From assembly GCA_000004985.1 (NCBI GenBank), contig GG738933.1: a stretch of 64,000 nt of DNA; one strand, 5' to 3'. The position numbers and the translations under genes are program-made. This document shows, one piece after another, positions 41,381 to 53,651 of the stretch (position 1 is its first letter; every line of letters starts with the position of its first letter). The stretch comes from Naegleria gruberi (lineage: Eukaryota). Below the pieces are notes generated by a model. It made no database searches. It was not told the origin of the DNA and saw only the letters and a list, made by a program, of their open reading frames with translations.

Positions 41381-43714
41381 ATGTTTCTATCGGCAGCTGA
41401 AGGAAAATCGAGTAGTAAATCGGCTTCTCATGGTTCTCTTCATAATCAAGGTGGTAATAATAATAATGGAGGAGTAGTTGCCATGTCGAAATTAACTGTA
41501 ATGAATTCTTCACGTGGTTTGGGATTATTATCCTCCTCGAAACGATCTTCGAGTTATGGTGATGAATTTTACAGACAATACGATCAGGATTCGAATAATT
41601 CGAATAATTTAATGATAACAACGACCACGACAAGTAATGTAGTTCCTGGATCTCCGAATATGAAGGGTAGTGTTGGAGTTGGAGGATTGTATTATGCAAA
41701 TTCTGTTTTGAATAATAATTTTGAATGGAGCTACAAAGTGGAGACACAGAAGGATGGTAGGAAACGGGCCAATAGTTTCAAAGATTTGTGTTTCATGTTA
41801 CCGCTGCTTTCAATCATTAATACAAGTGCTTTCAATGTGGTGATGCAAAATGCTGGTCAACTGTTAGGAACAAATTCCGAAAATGGAAATATTTATACCA
41901 ATGACAAAAGTTTATTTACAGTTTATCACCAAATAGATCGAGAGTTATCAAAATCATTAACTGGTGATGCTGTAAGTCCTGCAACATCTTCTCCTATCAA
42001 TGCCATTTTGATGCCGAATTCACCAGGCAGTTCACAAGATGTGTTGAGTGATTGCAATTCTGACTTGGTATTGTCGATACCAAATAGTCCTTCATCAGGT
42101 TCCTTACATCTCTATATGGAATCTCAACAAAAACAGCACTCACCAAGTGAATCTAACAGTAATATTCTAAATTTGAGAGAGAAATTCATTCTTTTCATTG
42201 TAAATAATCACCCAAACCATTTAGGAAAACAATTTACCATGCATGCACACTTGAAAGAAGGTATAAGTGGTAAACAGTTGGCAGAAGTCTCTGTAAGAAC
42301 CAAGCTCATGTTTCTCGACTTGTTTTATGGTTGCAGTAGAGTACATGCCAAGAAGCCAATTCAAAACTGTACAGATATTGTAGTATTGCTAGAGCAATTA
42401 ACATACAATTTAGTTAGAACGAGTGGGGATGTAATTCTCGAAGAAATGGACATTGACATGATGAATCATATGGTTGAACAACAAACTTCATTGCCCTATT
42501 ATAGACACATGTCTGAGGCAAAGAATTTCGACTGTGTGCAAAACGAAAGATTGAAAAACTTCCTAAACAATACTTTTTCCCGAATTTTCAAATCACCAGA
42601 CGAATCAGAAAATCAAGATTCCATTTTTGCAGAACTTCTTTTAGAAATACGTTACATTTCTGATATGATTTATTTGGAAATGGAAGACATTTATTCAATC
42701 TTTCAATCTATTGCACCATTCAAAGAAGCTGTAGAAGAATTTCTTGGCAAAGGAATTCAAGAAAATACACTTCCAATGCACATTGTTCAAATGTATAAGA
42801 AGAAACTAGAGGAAGAGAAAGCTTTCCAAACTGAAAAGAACCATCTCCTCTTAAGGGATCAAGATTTTCAAGCAAAGAACATTATCGACAAGGATTGGAA
42901 TTTGGTAAAGCACCTTTCGAGAGGACATGCCACCGATTGGAAGGTAGTTCACTCCCAAAGCCACAACGAATATAAGAAGAAACATTTGAAATCGCAAAAC
43001 AATGATGAACAATTAATTAACCTATTCCCATACTCAATGATAGTGTACAATACCAAGCGACCATATCATACTGGAATAGATAGCAAGGATCTCAAGTCTA
43101 GTAAGATGGTTACAACTTTGGATTATTCGATTGAACAAGTGGCTAAAACATTTGGTCATGATTATGCTCTATCTGAAGAATTTTCAGAAGTGGAATTCAC
43201 TGAATTCATTCCTCTCAATGAATCAAACTCACTACACAAATACCCTAGTTTTACCTTCAATGCCTCTGTTGAACTTGGATCCTCAAGTAAGAAGAAGAAA
43301 ATGGAAGGAATCCTCTCTACCAAAATCTCCCTTGTAAATACACCAGGTAGAGGAAACGAATTGAATGAAATATGCTTTGTCTACAAGTCGTGTCAGGCCT
43401 CCTCGAATAAGAAGGAATCCATTATCATTTGGTGTGCCAGAGTTTTCACTAGAATCGACAATCATAGAACGAGACTATTCCAATTCAAGCTTTCGAATAT
43501 TGGATCACTTTCATCCTCATTCCTCTCCTCCTCTAAGGCATTCCTTAAAAAGAATATATCTGAAGACCATTCTCGTATTCTAAAAGAATTACAATCAGCT
43601 GAAAAGGATGAATTCCCAACTCCATCCGAATCAAATCACATCATGAGAACAATGCGAGATTATTGCCTGCATTATCACAACACGGAACTCAAAGATTTAA
43701 TTCGAAACAATTGA
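41381..43714 (+). CDS. hypothetical protein, 777 aa, N/S-rich N-terminus
   Basis: long clean ORF with ATG start; no domain recognised. Confidence 0.6.
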   Translation: MFLSAAEGKSSSKSASHGSLHNQGGNNNNGGVVAMSKLTVMNSSRGLGLLSSSKRSSSYGDEFYRQYDQDSNNSNNLMITTTTTSNVVPGSPNMKGSVGVGGLYYANSVLNNNFEWSYKVETQKDGRKRANSFKDLCFMLPLLSIINTSAFNVVMQNAGQLLGTNSENGNIYTNDKSLFTVYHQIDRELSKSLTGDAVSPATSSPINAILMPNSPGSSQDVLSDCNSDLVLSIPNSPSSGSLHLYMESQQKQHSPSESNSNILNLREKFILFIVNNHPNHLGKQFTMHAHLKEGISGKQLAEVSVRTKLMFLDLFYGCSRVHAKKPIQNCTDIVVLLEQLTYNLVRTSGDVILEEMDIDMMNHMVEQQTSLPYYRHMSEAKNFDCVQNERLKNFLNNTFSRIFKSPDESENQDSIFAELLLEIRYISDMIYLEMEDIYSIFQSIAPFKEAVEEFLGKGIQENTLPMHIVQMYKKKLEEEKAFQTEKNHLLLRDQDFQAKNIIDKDWNLVKHLSRGHATDWKVVHSQSHNEYKKKHLKSQNNDEQLINLFPYSMIVYNTKRPYHTGIDSKDLKSSKMVTTLDYSIEQVAKTFGHDYALSEEFSEVEFTEFIPLNESNSLHKYPSFTFNASVELGSSSKKKKMEGILSTKISLVNTPGRGNELNEICFVYKSCQASSNKKESIIIWCARVFTRIDNHRTRLFQFKLSNIGSLSSSFLSSSKAFLKKNISEDHSRILKELQSAEKDEFPTPSESNHIMRTMRDYCLHYHNTELKDLIRNN

Positions 43715-43853
43715 ATCAACAATAACTCTGTAATTAAACAATATTTCAATACCTCAATACCTCCTTCAAGTACCAAGAATTCTTCTTCTCTATTTCCAAC
43801 TTTACAACAATTTTATTGTAAAGTATAAATATTATTTAACCAATCAAAAAAAA

Positions 43854-45401
43854 ATGGGCAACAAACTATCATCACCACTCTCCTATTTTTCTAACGGCAC
43901 AAATAATAATGATAGTAATGATAACAATGATGATAACGATGATGAATATTCATCAAGTTCCGATCATCATAAACGTCGTCAAAAAATAGAAGCAAAAGGT
44001 GGTTATGTATCGGTTCTCTCATATCATGATCAATTATTATTGGATCATTCACAAGTGTTGCAATGTAAAGCATTATTTCAGGCATTTGGTGAACATCAAT
44101 TTGAAATTCAGGGAAATATCAATGCAAATATTTCAAAATATGTGCAGGGAAGTGAATATATTGTGAAAATTGCAAGTGGTGGGCATCATACTGTATTATT
44201 GACGAGTTTGGGAAGGATTTTATCATTTGGAAAGAATTTGGATGGTCAAGTTGGATGGAAAACTGAGCTCAATCATTCGAATGATATTGGAGAAGCAAAA
44301 CCACTTTACAAATATACAAATGAGTTTGCTGTGGATGTGTGTTGTGGAAATAATCATACTGTCATTTTGACTAATCTTGGAAATTTAATGGGATGTGGTT
44401 GGAATGCATATGGTCAACTTGCAGAAGGTCCACACAGTTCTCAATCATTGGATTATATCAAATTTAAAGCAAAAATTAGAATGGTTAGAGCTGGTAATAA
44501 TGCTACTTGTATTTTAGATGCGGATGGAAGACTTTATTTGAGTGGAACTTTGCACATGACAGAATGTAGACTTGGAGAATTTACTTTAATGGATGATTTC
44601 TCTGCCAAGCTGTCAAAACATGAAAAAATTGTGGATTTTCAAGTTGGTGGCAGACAGGTAGTGGCTGTCTCATCAAAAAATAAGGTTTTCATCTTGGGAG
44701 AGGATTATATTGACAGAGGAGGTTCCAATTATAAGAGATTTACCAATGTGACAAGCAAGTTAGGATTTGATCCAATAGAATTGAAAAGCTTTTCTGTTGG
44801 TCTCTATCATTGTCTGTTCCTCACACATTCTGGAAGAATGTATGCAACTGGCTATAATGGATATGGTCAACTTGGAACTGGTGATTTTCAAGATTTGAAT
44901 ACACCAAAAGAAATTACCAAATTTTACAAAGTTGACCCAGAAAGTATCAAGAAAGGCATCACTGCAGAACAAGATAAGATTGAATATTATGAATGTGCAG
45001 TTGCAAAAGATCCTGAATTCTACTCTGATGTTCACTTTATTGAGAAGAATGAATTTATAACAAGTATTCTCGCTGGATCATGTCATAGTTTGTTTGTGAG
45101 TAATTTGGGAACTATTTACGGTTGTGGTTATAATGCTTATGGTCAATTGGTGCTTCCACTCGAAGTGGTGGATGAATATGACGATGATGCCGTTCCAGAA
45201 CCAAAGGAAAAGAATCCAGATGTGAAACAGTTATTAATCGATACCACCCGTTCCAGTAATTTCATACTCTTTTCAAACTCTGCTGCAAATATTACTATTT
45301 TGGCTGAGAAACAAGCTATTAATCTTTGGATGTACAAGTGCTTGAAAAACAGAGCTATTGGAGGGGAATTGGGCGATGTTGTCTTTTCTTTTGATCAATA
45401 A
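43854..45401 (+). CDS. RCC1-repeat (regulator of chromosome condensation-like) protein, 515 aa
   Basis: repeated blades GGHHTVLLTSLGRILSFGKNLDGQVG, CGNNHTVILTNLGNLMGCGWNAYGQL, LYHCLFLTHSGRMYATGYNGYGQLGTG, GSCHSLFVSNLGTIYGCGYNAYGQL. aaaaaaaaATG start. Confidence 0.8.
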   Translation: MGNKLSSPLSYFSNGTNNNDSNDNNDDNDDEYSSSSDHHKRRQKIEAKGGYVSVLSYHDQLLLDHSQVLQCKALFQAFGEHQFEIQGNINANISKYVQGSEYIVKIASGGHHTVLLTSLGRILSFGKNLDGQVGWKTELNHSNDIGEAKPLYKYTNEFAVDVCCGNNHTVILTNLGNLMGCGWNAYGQLAEGPHSSQSLDYIKFKAKIRMVRAGNNATCILDADGRLYLSGTLHMTECRLGEFTLMDDFSAKLSKHEKIVDFQVGGRQVVAVSSKNKVFILGEDYIDRGGSNYKRFTNVTSKLGFDPIELKSFSVGLYHCLFLTHSGRMYATGYNGYGQLGTGDFQDLNTPKEITKFYKVDPESIKKGITAEQDKIEYYECAVAKDPEFYSDVHFIEKNEFITSILAGSCHSLFVSNLGTIYGCGYNAYGQLVLPLEVVDEYDDDAVPEPKEKNPDVKQLLIDTTRSSNFILFSNSAANITILAEKQAINLWMYKCLKNRAIGGELGDVVFSFDQ

Positions 45402-45430
45402 ATGTACATATTTCAAGAATTGGTGCCGAA

Positions 45431-48189
45431 TCATTGTTGGTTTCCTTTATTCAATCTTCTCATAATCTTAACCAACAGTTTGGGTGATACATGCTCAAAA
45501 GCTTCGTCTGGGTAGGTTTGCAAAATGATTGTGGCATATTTGCTGGCAAACTCTACCAAATGTTTTCCAAATAAAGTTACAAACTCGTCATTTTGATTTT
45601 CCTCTCTAGAATAACAGCTTGCCATCAATATAAAGCTCTCCACTGTGATATAACCCTCAATAGAATTAATAATATGATTTGATAATTCTGGAAATCCAAA
45701 TATCCGCGACAAGTTCAGCAAGGGAAGTAAAAGATGAACTGGAGGATCTTCCCACAACCCATAACAAAATTTGAGTAAAATTGTGCAAATCTCCATCAAG
45801 GTATTTGGATCTATAGTTTTCCCATCAATACCATTAAGTTTTGCAATTTCTGGCTGTATGCAGTGGATCAAATTGAAATTTGTAGCGTGTATCATGGCTT
45901 TCAATTCAGAAAGTAATGAACAACGTGAACAAATAACTGTCTTGTGTAGTCTCATATGTTTTTCCTCGGTTAAGAATATATTAATGTCAGTATTTACAGC
46001 ATTGTAGTGCAATTTTTGAAGAGCAATACGAACGTTTGGCTCACTCACAGGATTCAATATTGGAATGTTGAGCTTGAATTTTGATAATTGATCGGCAGAG
46101 AGGAAGAATTTGAACTTGTTCAGCCTTCCAGCAAAGCAAATATGATTTTCACCATAGCATCTAACAATATCAAAACAATACTTTAGAGCATAGTGAAGCA
46201 ATGCGTCGTCAGCTATTTGGACTTTCTCGTACAGGCATTCTATAGTTGTACTAATGTTAAGTGGTGAAAGCTTGTCAATTAGAATATTTACAAGACAACT
46301 CTTGAGCTGAATAAATGTATCTCTGAAAAAGGATAATACATAGATGATTTCCACAATCTCCACAGTATCCAGAGTCATTATTGGTTTGGAATAGAGTAGA
46401 ATATCTATCAAATTCTGCACATGTTTTAAATTGGATTCCTTATCATCTTTGACTAATTTTTCTAGAATTGATACAAAATCTGGTGCAATAAAGGGAAGAA
46501 TTGGGCCAAATGCTATACACTGCAATCTATCGTTAAAGTCCTGACTGTATTTGTGCAGAGGTATCGATGAATATCTACTAGAAGGAGAGTAGTATACCAT
46601 TGGATTATTATCTTTGCATACTACACGATTAACATAAAAATTACCACTAGTGTCCACAACCTCAAACACTGATCTCTTCTTTTCTCCACAACAAACAACT
46701 TCATGAAGACATGTTATAGCAAATGTACAATTTTTACCACTCGAAAAATCAATAAAAGGAATTCTCGAAGGAACCTTTTCAAAAGCTTCTCTATTGTTAA
46801 AATCTCCCAAACCTAGCTGTCCACACGAATTATCGCCACATACCCACAATTCTCCCATACTATTGAGAATGCATGTATTTGTCGTGCAGTCGATTTTTTG
46901 AATCGTGCCATACGTCCAGTTAATAACATTGGCCCCTGTTGTCATTGTTTGTTTACATGCAAGCTGTCCCAAATTGTTATTACCTCCCAAGACCAATTTT
47001 GTAGCTCCTTCTGCTGTTGTAATATGAACTACATAATGTTCCAATCCTAGATGAAAGTTTTCCACTCGATCATTCTTGGCTATATTTTCCAAGACCATAA
47101 ATTCATTAGTTACACTAGTTTTCAAATAAATATGATTATTTTCAGTTAGAAAGGCAACATGGCCGTATCCAACAAATATTCTCTTTGGAATAATGTTTGG
47201 AGTTGGTAGGTCTTTCTTGGGCACTTTGGTAAATTTTCCAACACTGAAAGAAGCCCAAATTTCATCCTCTGTCGACAGGTAGTACCTAGTAACACCTCTT
47301 CCCTCTGCAATAATTTTCGGAGTAAATGGAAGAGTAATCTTTTTCAAGTTTTTCAAATCATTGTTCAATTCTTCCGATGAAATTGGAGTGCACTCAAAGA
47401 GCTCATTCTTAATTGTTTGAAGAAATATATAGGAAGAACTGTAAATTTCCTTAATTTCCTCTCCTTTTAAGATTTGTTTCAGGTTGACACTTCTATTAAT
47501 GGTTGGTCTACTTAGCCCTTTCAGTGTTTGTTTGGAACAACACATGATTGTGAAAGGACGTTCCAAATCATCAACTACCAATTGATTACTATTTGTATTT
47601 ACACCATTCGGATCCGAATCATCAGCTGTAGAGAAGGACGGAATAACAACATTCTGTCTTCCTTGTGAATTTTCTGATTTCATTTGGGAAGAACTGGACA
47701 AGATTGGACTCGAATTTGCTTCCACACCTCTCCTCGAAGAACTCCCTAGCGAAGGAGAACCATTCATCAGTACAGGACTGCTCACTGTAGTTGTTGCTGC
47801 TGATGTTTCCTTCATCTTCTTTGATGGTGTGCTGCTCTCCAATCGTTCTTGATGATTATTACTATTATTATCGGATGATGATGAAGGCAAGGATCTCTTT
47901 CTTGTATTCTCATGATTATTAAAAGAAGGAATAACAACAGGGGGAGTGTTATTAACTACAGCAGAAGTAGACGGAAGAATAGAAGAGGCTGATGATGAAG
48001 CCTTCTTCTTCTTTTCCTTTTGATGATCAATAACACCAATAATTTCAACACCCTGCGAGGATGAACAAATCTCATCGACATCATAATCGTCCAAATTAAT
48101 ATCTAACTCATCTTCTTCATCTTCCAAATCAATTGTTGCTATAGGAGTTTGTGATTTTGTATTATTTAGTGATGATGAATGTGGTAGCA
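45431..48189 (-). CDS. RCC1-like repeat and BTB/POZ domain protein (RCBTB/IBtk-like architecture), about 919 aa from ATG 48189
   Basis: S-rich N-terminus. RCC1-like LGGNNNLGQLACK and VCGDNSCGQLGLGD. C-terminal BTB-like segments, e.g. the region containing HATNFNLIHCIQPEIAKL and the LLKFCYGLWE block. Confidence 0.7.
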
Positions 48190-48499
48190 TCTCTTTATCC
48201 TCCAACCTATTTAGTTTAATAGTAGCAGTACAACAACACAATAACAAGCCTGGAAATTACATGAGCGGCAAGGAGAACTAGCCGTTGCTTATTTTTGTTT
48301 GTTTTTTTATTAAAATTTTTTTAAATTCAAAAAAAATATCAGTACAATTGTCTTCCACTTCTTCGTCTCTTGATTGTCAACATGTATTAGCTTACTAGAA
48401 GAAGTTTGCAGATTGGGATGTACTTTTGACATGATTCTCTTGTTGGAATTTTACCTTCTCAATTTTGATGTTTGTTGTTATCATCAAGATGGCAAATAA

Positions 48500-50352
48500 T
48501 TACTGGTCGGGCAGGAAGGAAATTGGTGAATCATATCTAATGTTGAACAATTGATGAATCTCCTCATAATTGATATATCCTTCAAATGTATCGGCATTGG
48601 TTCCTTCCATTATTGGATGAGCAACATTATTAAAGTTTGTCAAAAAGCTATTCACATTATGTTCGTATTCCAATCTTTCCTTCTTCCTCTCTTCTGTATT
48701 AATGTTGGTTTCAGAGGCTCCATTTTGATTGTTGCCATTGGTTATGAATTGGAAAAAGTCCTTTGTTGTGGTCATGTTTTCAAACTCGGTGAAATCGTGA
48801 TTATTGCTACTGGTCTCAGTGTTAGTGTTGGTTTTGGAGATTAGCTCAGATAGGGCATTATAAAATTGTTTTCTCTCAATGATGGCTTCCATTTCTTTCA
48901 TCATTGATGCATGCACTAGATTGACCTTTTTGAAACGTTTGGCCATTGTTTTGATGGCTCTCAAATCCTTTGCCAATACTTGAAAGTAATCAATTGGTCC
49001 AAGAGGAGAAGCAGCATCACAATTCTTCCTCTCACCAAGTTCAATTGATTTAGCAATGTGGAGATGAACCTTACATGCTACTGCAATTGGAGTTACAATA
49101 AATGAGGGACAAAAGATAAAGTGATCTGACTCGGATTTCATTGTAATTTTCATTGCTGAATCCTCAATCATATCCTTTCCACGATTGAGTTCGCTGAGAA
49201 CCCTAATACGAATTCCATGATAAATATATTCAGCCAGCTCATCATATAATCTCAATCTCTTGATATTTCCAGAGTCTTTCAAGTGTATTCTTCCAACAGA
49301 AATCATTGCATCAATCATGTTAATTACAACGAGGCAATTATCATAGGTAAGGTCTTGATTGATTAAATCTTTCCAAGCTAATGGAAGAGTAATTCCCAAA
49401 TACTTTTCATAAATATCATACCAATCGTGAAGGATTGTTTTTAGAGAAGTTTCACTCCTCGATTCAGTTGTTAAAAATTGCTTGCATTTCCTCAAATTCT
49501 TTTGATATTTAGTCATTGACTTTTCGTCTTCCTGCAATTCATCGAAATAAAAATCCAAACATCTCACATAGAATCGAGCATTTCTAAAACGTCCACATCC
49601 AATTTCATAACTTGCCAGATGTGCATACGCACACGCCACATAAAAATTAGATTCATCAAAGAGTTTGCTGAGCTCTTCTCTTGCTTGAACAGCAGTTTCT
49701 TCAGCTCCAGCAAAACACAAGCTTTGTTCTAATTGAGCTTTGAGACAAAGTGACATGGCAATAATTTCTCTCTTGTTGGGCAGATTTTCATCGGCATGGG
49801 AAAAGAGAAATCTCTCCAAATCATTTCTCTCAATCGTGTGACAATCATCAAACAAATCCGAATAATAAATATCCAATAATCTTGTCCAATTTAAATGAGT
49901 TTGATCCAATACAGGTCTTTGAACTGGTTCATAAGGAATAGCACCAGATGGAGTAGAATGTGAAGATCCACTCGATGGAGGAGATGAAACAATCTTTCCA
50001 CTCGATTGACTCTTTTTCATTTCAAATTCCTTTCTCTTAGATACTCTTCCTTTCTTCTGTGGAGCATCATAAACACATTCTACACCTCTCCATTGGCACC
50101 CACTTGAAAAATTCAATATAATTTTCATCGTTGTAATGAAAAATCAAATTCCAACAATTTTACAAACCTGCATGCTGGTAATTCCTTACTACAAACTTTA
50201 TGCAACTTTTTACAGTGCCTACAACTGATTGGATGAAACTTGGCTTCATTCAATGTAACCTCTCCAGTGGCTGCAGGATTATCCAATGAATCATGATCGG
50301 ATAAAGAGGACGATGATTTATTTCCTTCCATTTTCCATATAAAAATTTCCAA
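48500..50352 (-). CDS. Gal4-type Zn(II)2Cys6 binuclear-cluster transcription-factor-like protein. 2 exons (50352..50168, 50102..48500) with a 65-nt GTTTGT..TCAAG intron inside the zinc cluster
   Basis: spliced: C-RH-C-KKLHKV-C-SKELPA-C-SG-C-QWRGVE-C = CX2CX6CX6CX2CX6C, followed by a basic linker KKGRVSKRKE. Start could also be the second ATG at 50331. Confidence 0.7.
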
Positions 50353-51178
50353 CTCTAATTAAATCTAATTTATAATAAATTTTAACTGAAGGAATTGAAA
50401 AATAGTTAGAATAACAAGCTGGGACAAGAAGGAAAAGAAGAATCCCTCAGTGATGATTGTTTGGTTTTTTTTGTTTTGTTATTTGGAACTTGTTTTGTGG
50501 CGGGTATATTCCAAAAGGAGGTTGGAGATTTTGAGCGGGTTCATTGGACGGATTGTTTTTTTAATCTCCTCGAATGGAATTGGAAGATGAAAGAATGGAT
50601 TCTGTTGACAGAATTCAGTGGTGATGTTGCTGATAATGTGTTGCACATTTCTTAATTCCTTGGTAGTCAATTTTGAGGAGAATTTGCAGTTTCGAATAAT
50701 GATAAACTTGTTGAAAGAAAATGAAGAAAAGCGAAAATCAGTTCACTGTTCTAAACATTAAGCAACATATGATAAAATATAAAAGGAACGACCTGGAGGA
50801 ATGATTCCAGCACAGCAATCTTGGCCAGGTTTCCACTCAGCTATGAAAGCTGTTAACAATTTTAAATTTAAAGTGTTTGCCGATAGATCACTAGAAACAT
50901 TCCCAAATATCAATGATCCCAAACAACGATCATGAATGGCCAATATTAAAGTATATTGCTCAAGTTTTGGTTCCAAACAATTTGATAATTATCTATTTTT
51001 ACATATTATAATAATCCATTCAATTAATATATTGAGTTACATCCATGTTCCAATATTGTAAACAATTTAACAAGTTAATAAATTAATTATTTGATCATCA
51101 TCATTGTAGTGGTATTATAATTCTTATCAATTAAATTCTTTTAATTTTTTATTTTTTAAAATTCCTAATTTTCAAAAC

Positions 51179-51733
51179 TTATTTTGATGGTTGTTTTGGT
51201 TCCTTTCCTTTCAAATTTTCACTCAAGAGTTTTGGCATTTTGAAAACAAGCCAATAATACATGACAGCATCCAAAATCCACAAAATATAACTTCCAATTC
51301 CACCAACGAACTTTAACTTGGAATTTGGCCATTCTTGCATGGTTTCATGGAAGATAACAGCTGACACATAACCAACAATGAATTCAGTAACATATCCAGC
51401 AGTTCCAGTAATTACAAATCCCAACCAAATGTTAATCTTTTTTGGAATTAAGAAAAAGTAATAAATGGTGAAAAATAAAATTGGCATTATGGCCCATGAT
51501 TTGACAGAATCGAATGTAAAATAATTGTATGGAGAGGTTGGGTAGATCCATCCGTAACTATTAATGATCAATTTCATGTTAATTTGTTGTTAAATTGTTT
51601 ACAATTATTGTAAATTATGTAATACAAACCTTCCAGTAACAAGGAGGTATAAATTGTTTTGGATCAACTCGACGAACCAATAGACGAATGGAATGTAGGT
51701 AAGCTGGCAGAGAACTGAAGTGATGAAAGCCAT
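51179..51733 (-). CDS. small multi-pass membrane protein. 2 exons (51733..51630, 51557..51179) with a 72-nt GTTTGT..TTAATAG intron
   Basis: exon 1 MAFITSVLCQLTYIPFVYWFVELIQNNLYLLVTG joins in frame to SYGWIYPTSPYNYF...; 3-4 hydrophobic helices. Confidence 0.5.
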
Positions 51734-52281
51734 TTTTTTTTGTGTTTTTTTTGTAAATATTTGTCAACACAATGTGAAAATGTCAAAAGTCGTGAATTAA
51801 CACGATTCTTTTTGGACAAGTCTTTCCAAAACAACCAAGATTGCAGCCATCATACAATCACTGATAAATGGACCGCCTCTGTGAAATACAATATTTACAG
51901 GAAACTTTACAATGTTTAATACAACCATGATTAAATTACACAGTTGACTACAGTGCTCTTTACAATGACACATTGGCAACATGCAACTTTCCAAATCAGC
52001 ACATGTTTTTATGTTGTTCTTGTTAACTTCCACAGAAAATCAACAATAATGACGAAGAATAACATTCAAAAAAAAATAGACGAAATTGGCCTATTCTAAT
52101 TCACGCTATTTTGTCAAACATTTATTAGGATTGGAAAACTATTCTAAAACAACATGATGGAAAGTAAGAAGGAAGTTTTCCCTGATATATCGTATTCGAA
52201 ATAATTTCCTTTCTTTTCAATGATGACAATTTATATTGGAAAGAAAATTTATTAAATTGTGCATTAATTTCAAAACAATGG

Positions 52282-53559
52282 TTGAAAATCATCAAGGAAC
52301 GAAAAGATCTTTCTCTGATCATGATTGACAAACCAATTTCGAATCGATTAATGAATTTGACTAATAGTCAATTCTTGAAATGTTTTACAAAAATTCAATT
52401 TATTTGTGTTTCGATAGAGATGATGAATTTTATGAAAGTTTTCGAAAGAATGGAAAGATTGAATGAACTTACACTTGAAACAAATGATACTAGCAGTAGT
52501 ATTGAGGCGATTAGTGAGATGAGACAGTTGACTAAATTGGGAATTAATGGAATTCAAGATAATGATATGAGACAGATTGGCATGATGAGTCAGTTGACTG
52601 AACTAGATATTGAGAGGTGTGATATTAGTGGAGAAGGAATCAAATTTTTGATTGTAATGCCTCAATTGACCAGTCTTAACGGTGGTTACAATTATTTACA
52701 ATGTGGTGATGCCAAGCTCATTAGTGAAATGAGCAAATTGACCAAATTAGATATCAACACAAACGAAATAGGTACGGAAGGTGCAAAATATATATCCACA
52801 TTGAACCAATTAACTGAGCTCGATATTGGAAACAATAATATTTTGAGTGAGGGAGCAAAATTTATTAGAAACTTGAAGAATTTGGTCAAGCTCAATGTGG
52901 AAAGAAACAACATTGGAGACGAGGGTGCTAATTACATAAGCGAAATGAAACAGTTGACTGCTCTTGACATTGGATTCAACATGTTTGGTTTTGAAGGAAT
53001 TAAAGCTATCAGTCAATTGAACCATTTGATAGAACTTTCTATACAAGGCAATGAAATAACTATTAATGGAGTGAAATTGATTACTGAAAAGAAGAATTTA
53101 ACCTCTCTTAACCTTGGAAATATTTTCTACGATACAAAAACTCCTGAACTTTCACAACTTGTAAGCCAAATGCACCAATTGACCACATTGGACATTGAAA
53201 ATAATAACATTGGACCAGAAGTAGCAAATTTATTAGCAGAAATGAAAAATCTCAAACATCTCAACATTGCATTCAATAATATTGAAAAGGAAGGTCTATC
53301 TCACATTACTCAATTGACACAATTAACATCTCTTAATGTTTGTGGAAATCAAATAGATGATGAAGGAGCTAAAATTGTGAGCTCAATGAAACAACTCTTA
53401 AAATTGAATATTGAGGAGAATTTTCTAAATGAGGGCGGATGTGAAACAATTATTGAGATGCCTCAATTGACACAACTTTATATTTCTTCCAATCGAATTG
53501 GAGAAAAACAAGTGGAAATGATTTGTGGAAAGAAAAATTTGAGAGATATAAGGATATAG
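52282..53559 (+). CDS. leucine-rich repeat protein (RNI-like LRR), about 425 aa; start uncertain (the tool start is TTG; an ATG lies at about 52318)
   Basis: about 12 repeats of the type LTELDIGNNNILSEGAKFIRNLKNLVKLNVERNNIGDEGANYISEMKQ. Confidence 0.65.
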   Translation: MKIIKERKDLSLIMIDKPISNRLMNLTNSQFLKCFTKIQFICVSIEMMNFMKVFERMERLNELTLETNDTSSSIEAISEMRQLTKLGINGIQDNDMRQIGMMSQLTELDIERCDISGEGIKFLIVMPQLTSLNGGYNYLQCGDAKLISEMSKLTKLDINTNEIGTEGAKYISTLNQLTELDIGNNNILSEGAKFIRNLKNLVKLNVERNNIGDEGANYISEMKQLTALDIGFNMFGFEGIKAISQLNHLIELSIQGNEITINGVKLITEKKNLTSLNLGNIFYDTKTPELSQLVSQMHQLTTLDIENNNIGPEVANLLAEMKNLKHLNIAFNNIEKEGLSHITQLTQLTSLNVCGNQIDDEGAKIVSSMKQLLKLNIEENFLNEGGCETIIEMPQLTQLYISSNRIGEKQVEMICGKKNLRDIRI

Positions 53560-53651
53560 ACTGTGGGCAGTGCCATTTATGCGTTGTTCCAACCATATGT
53601 TCTAATAAAGATTTAGATTGATCAGAACTAATCTATCCTAAACTTTAAAAA

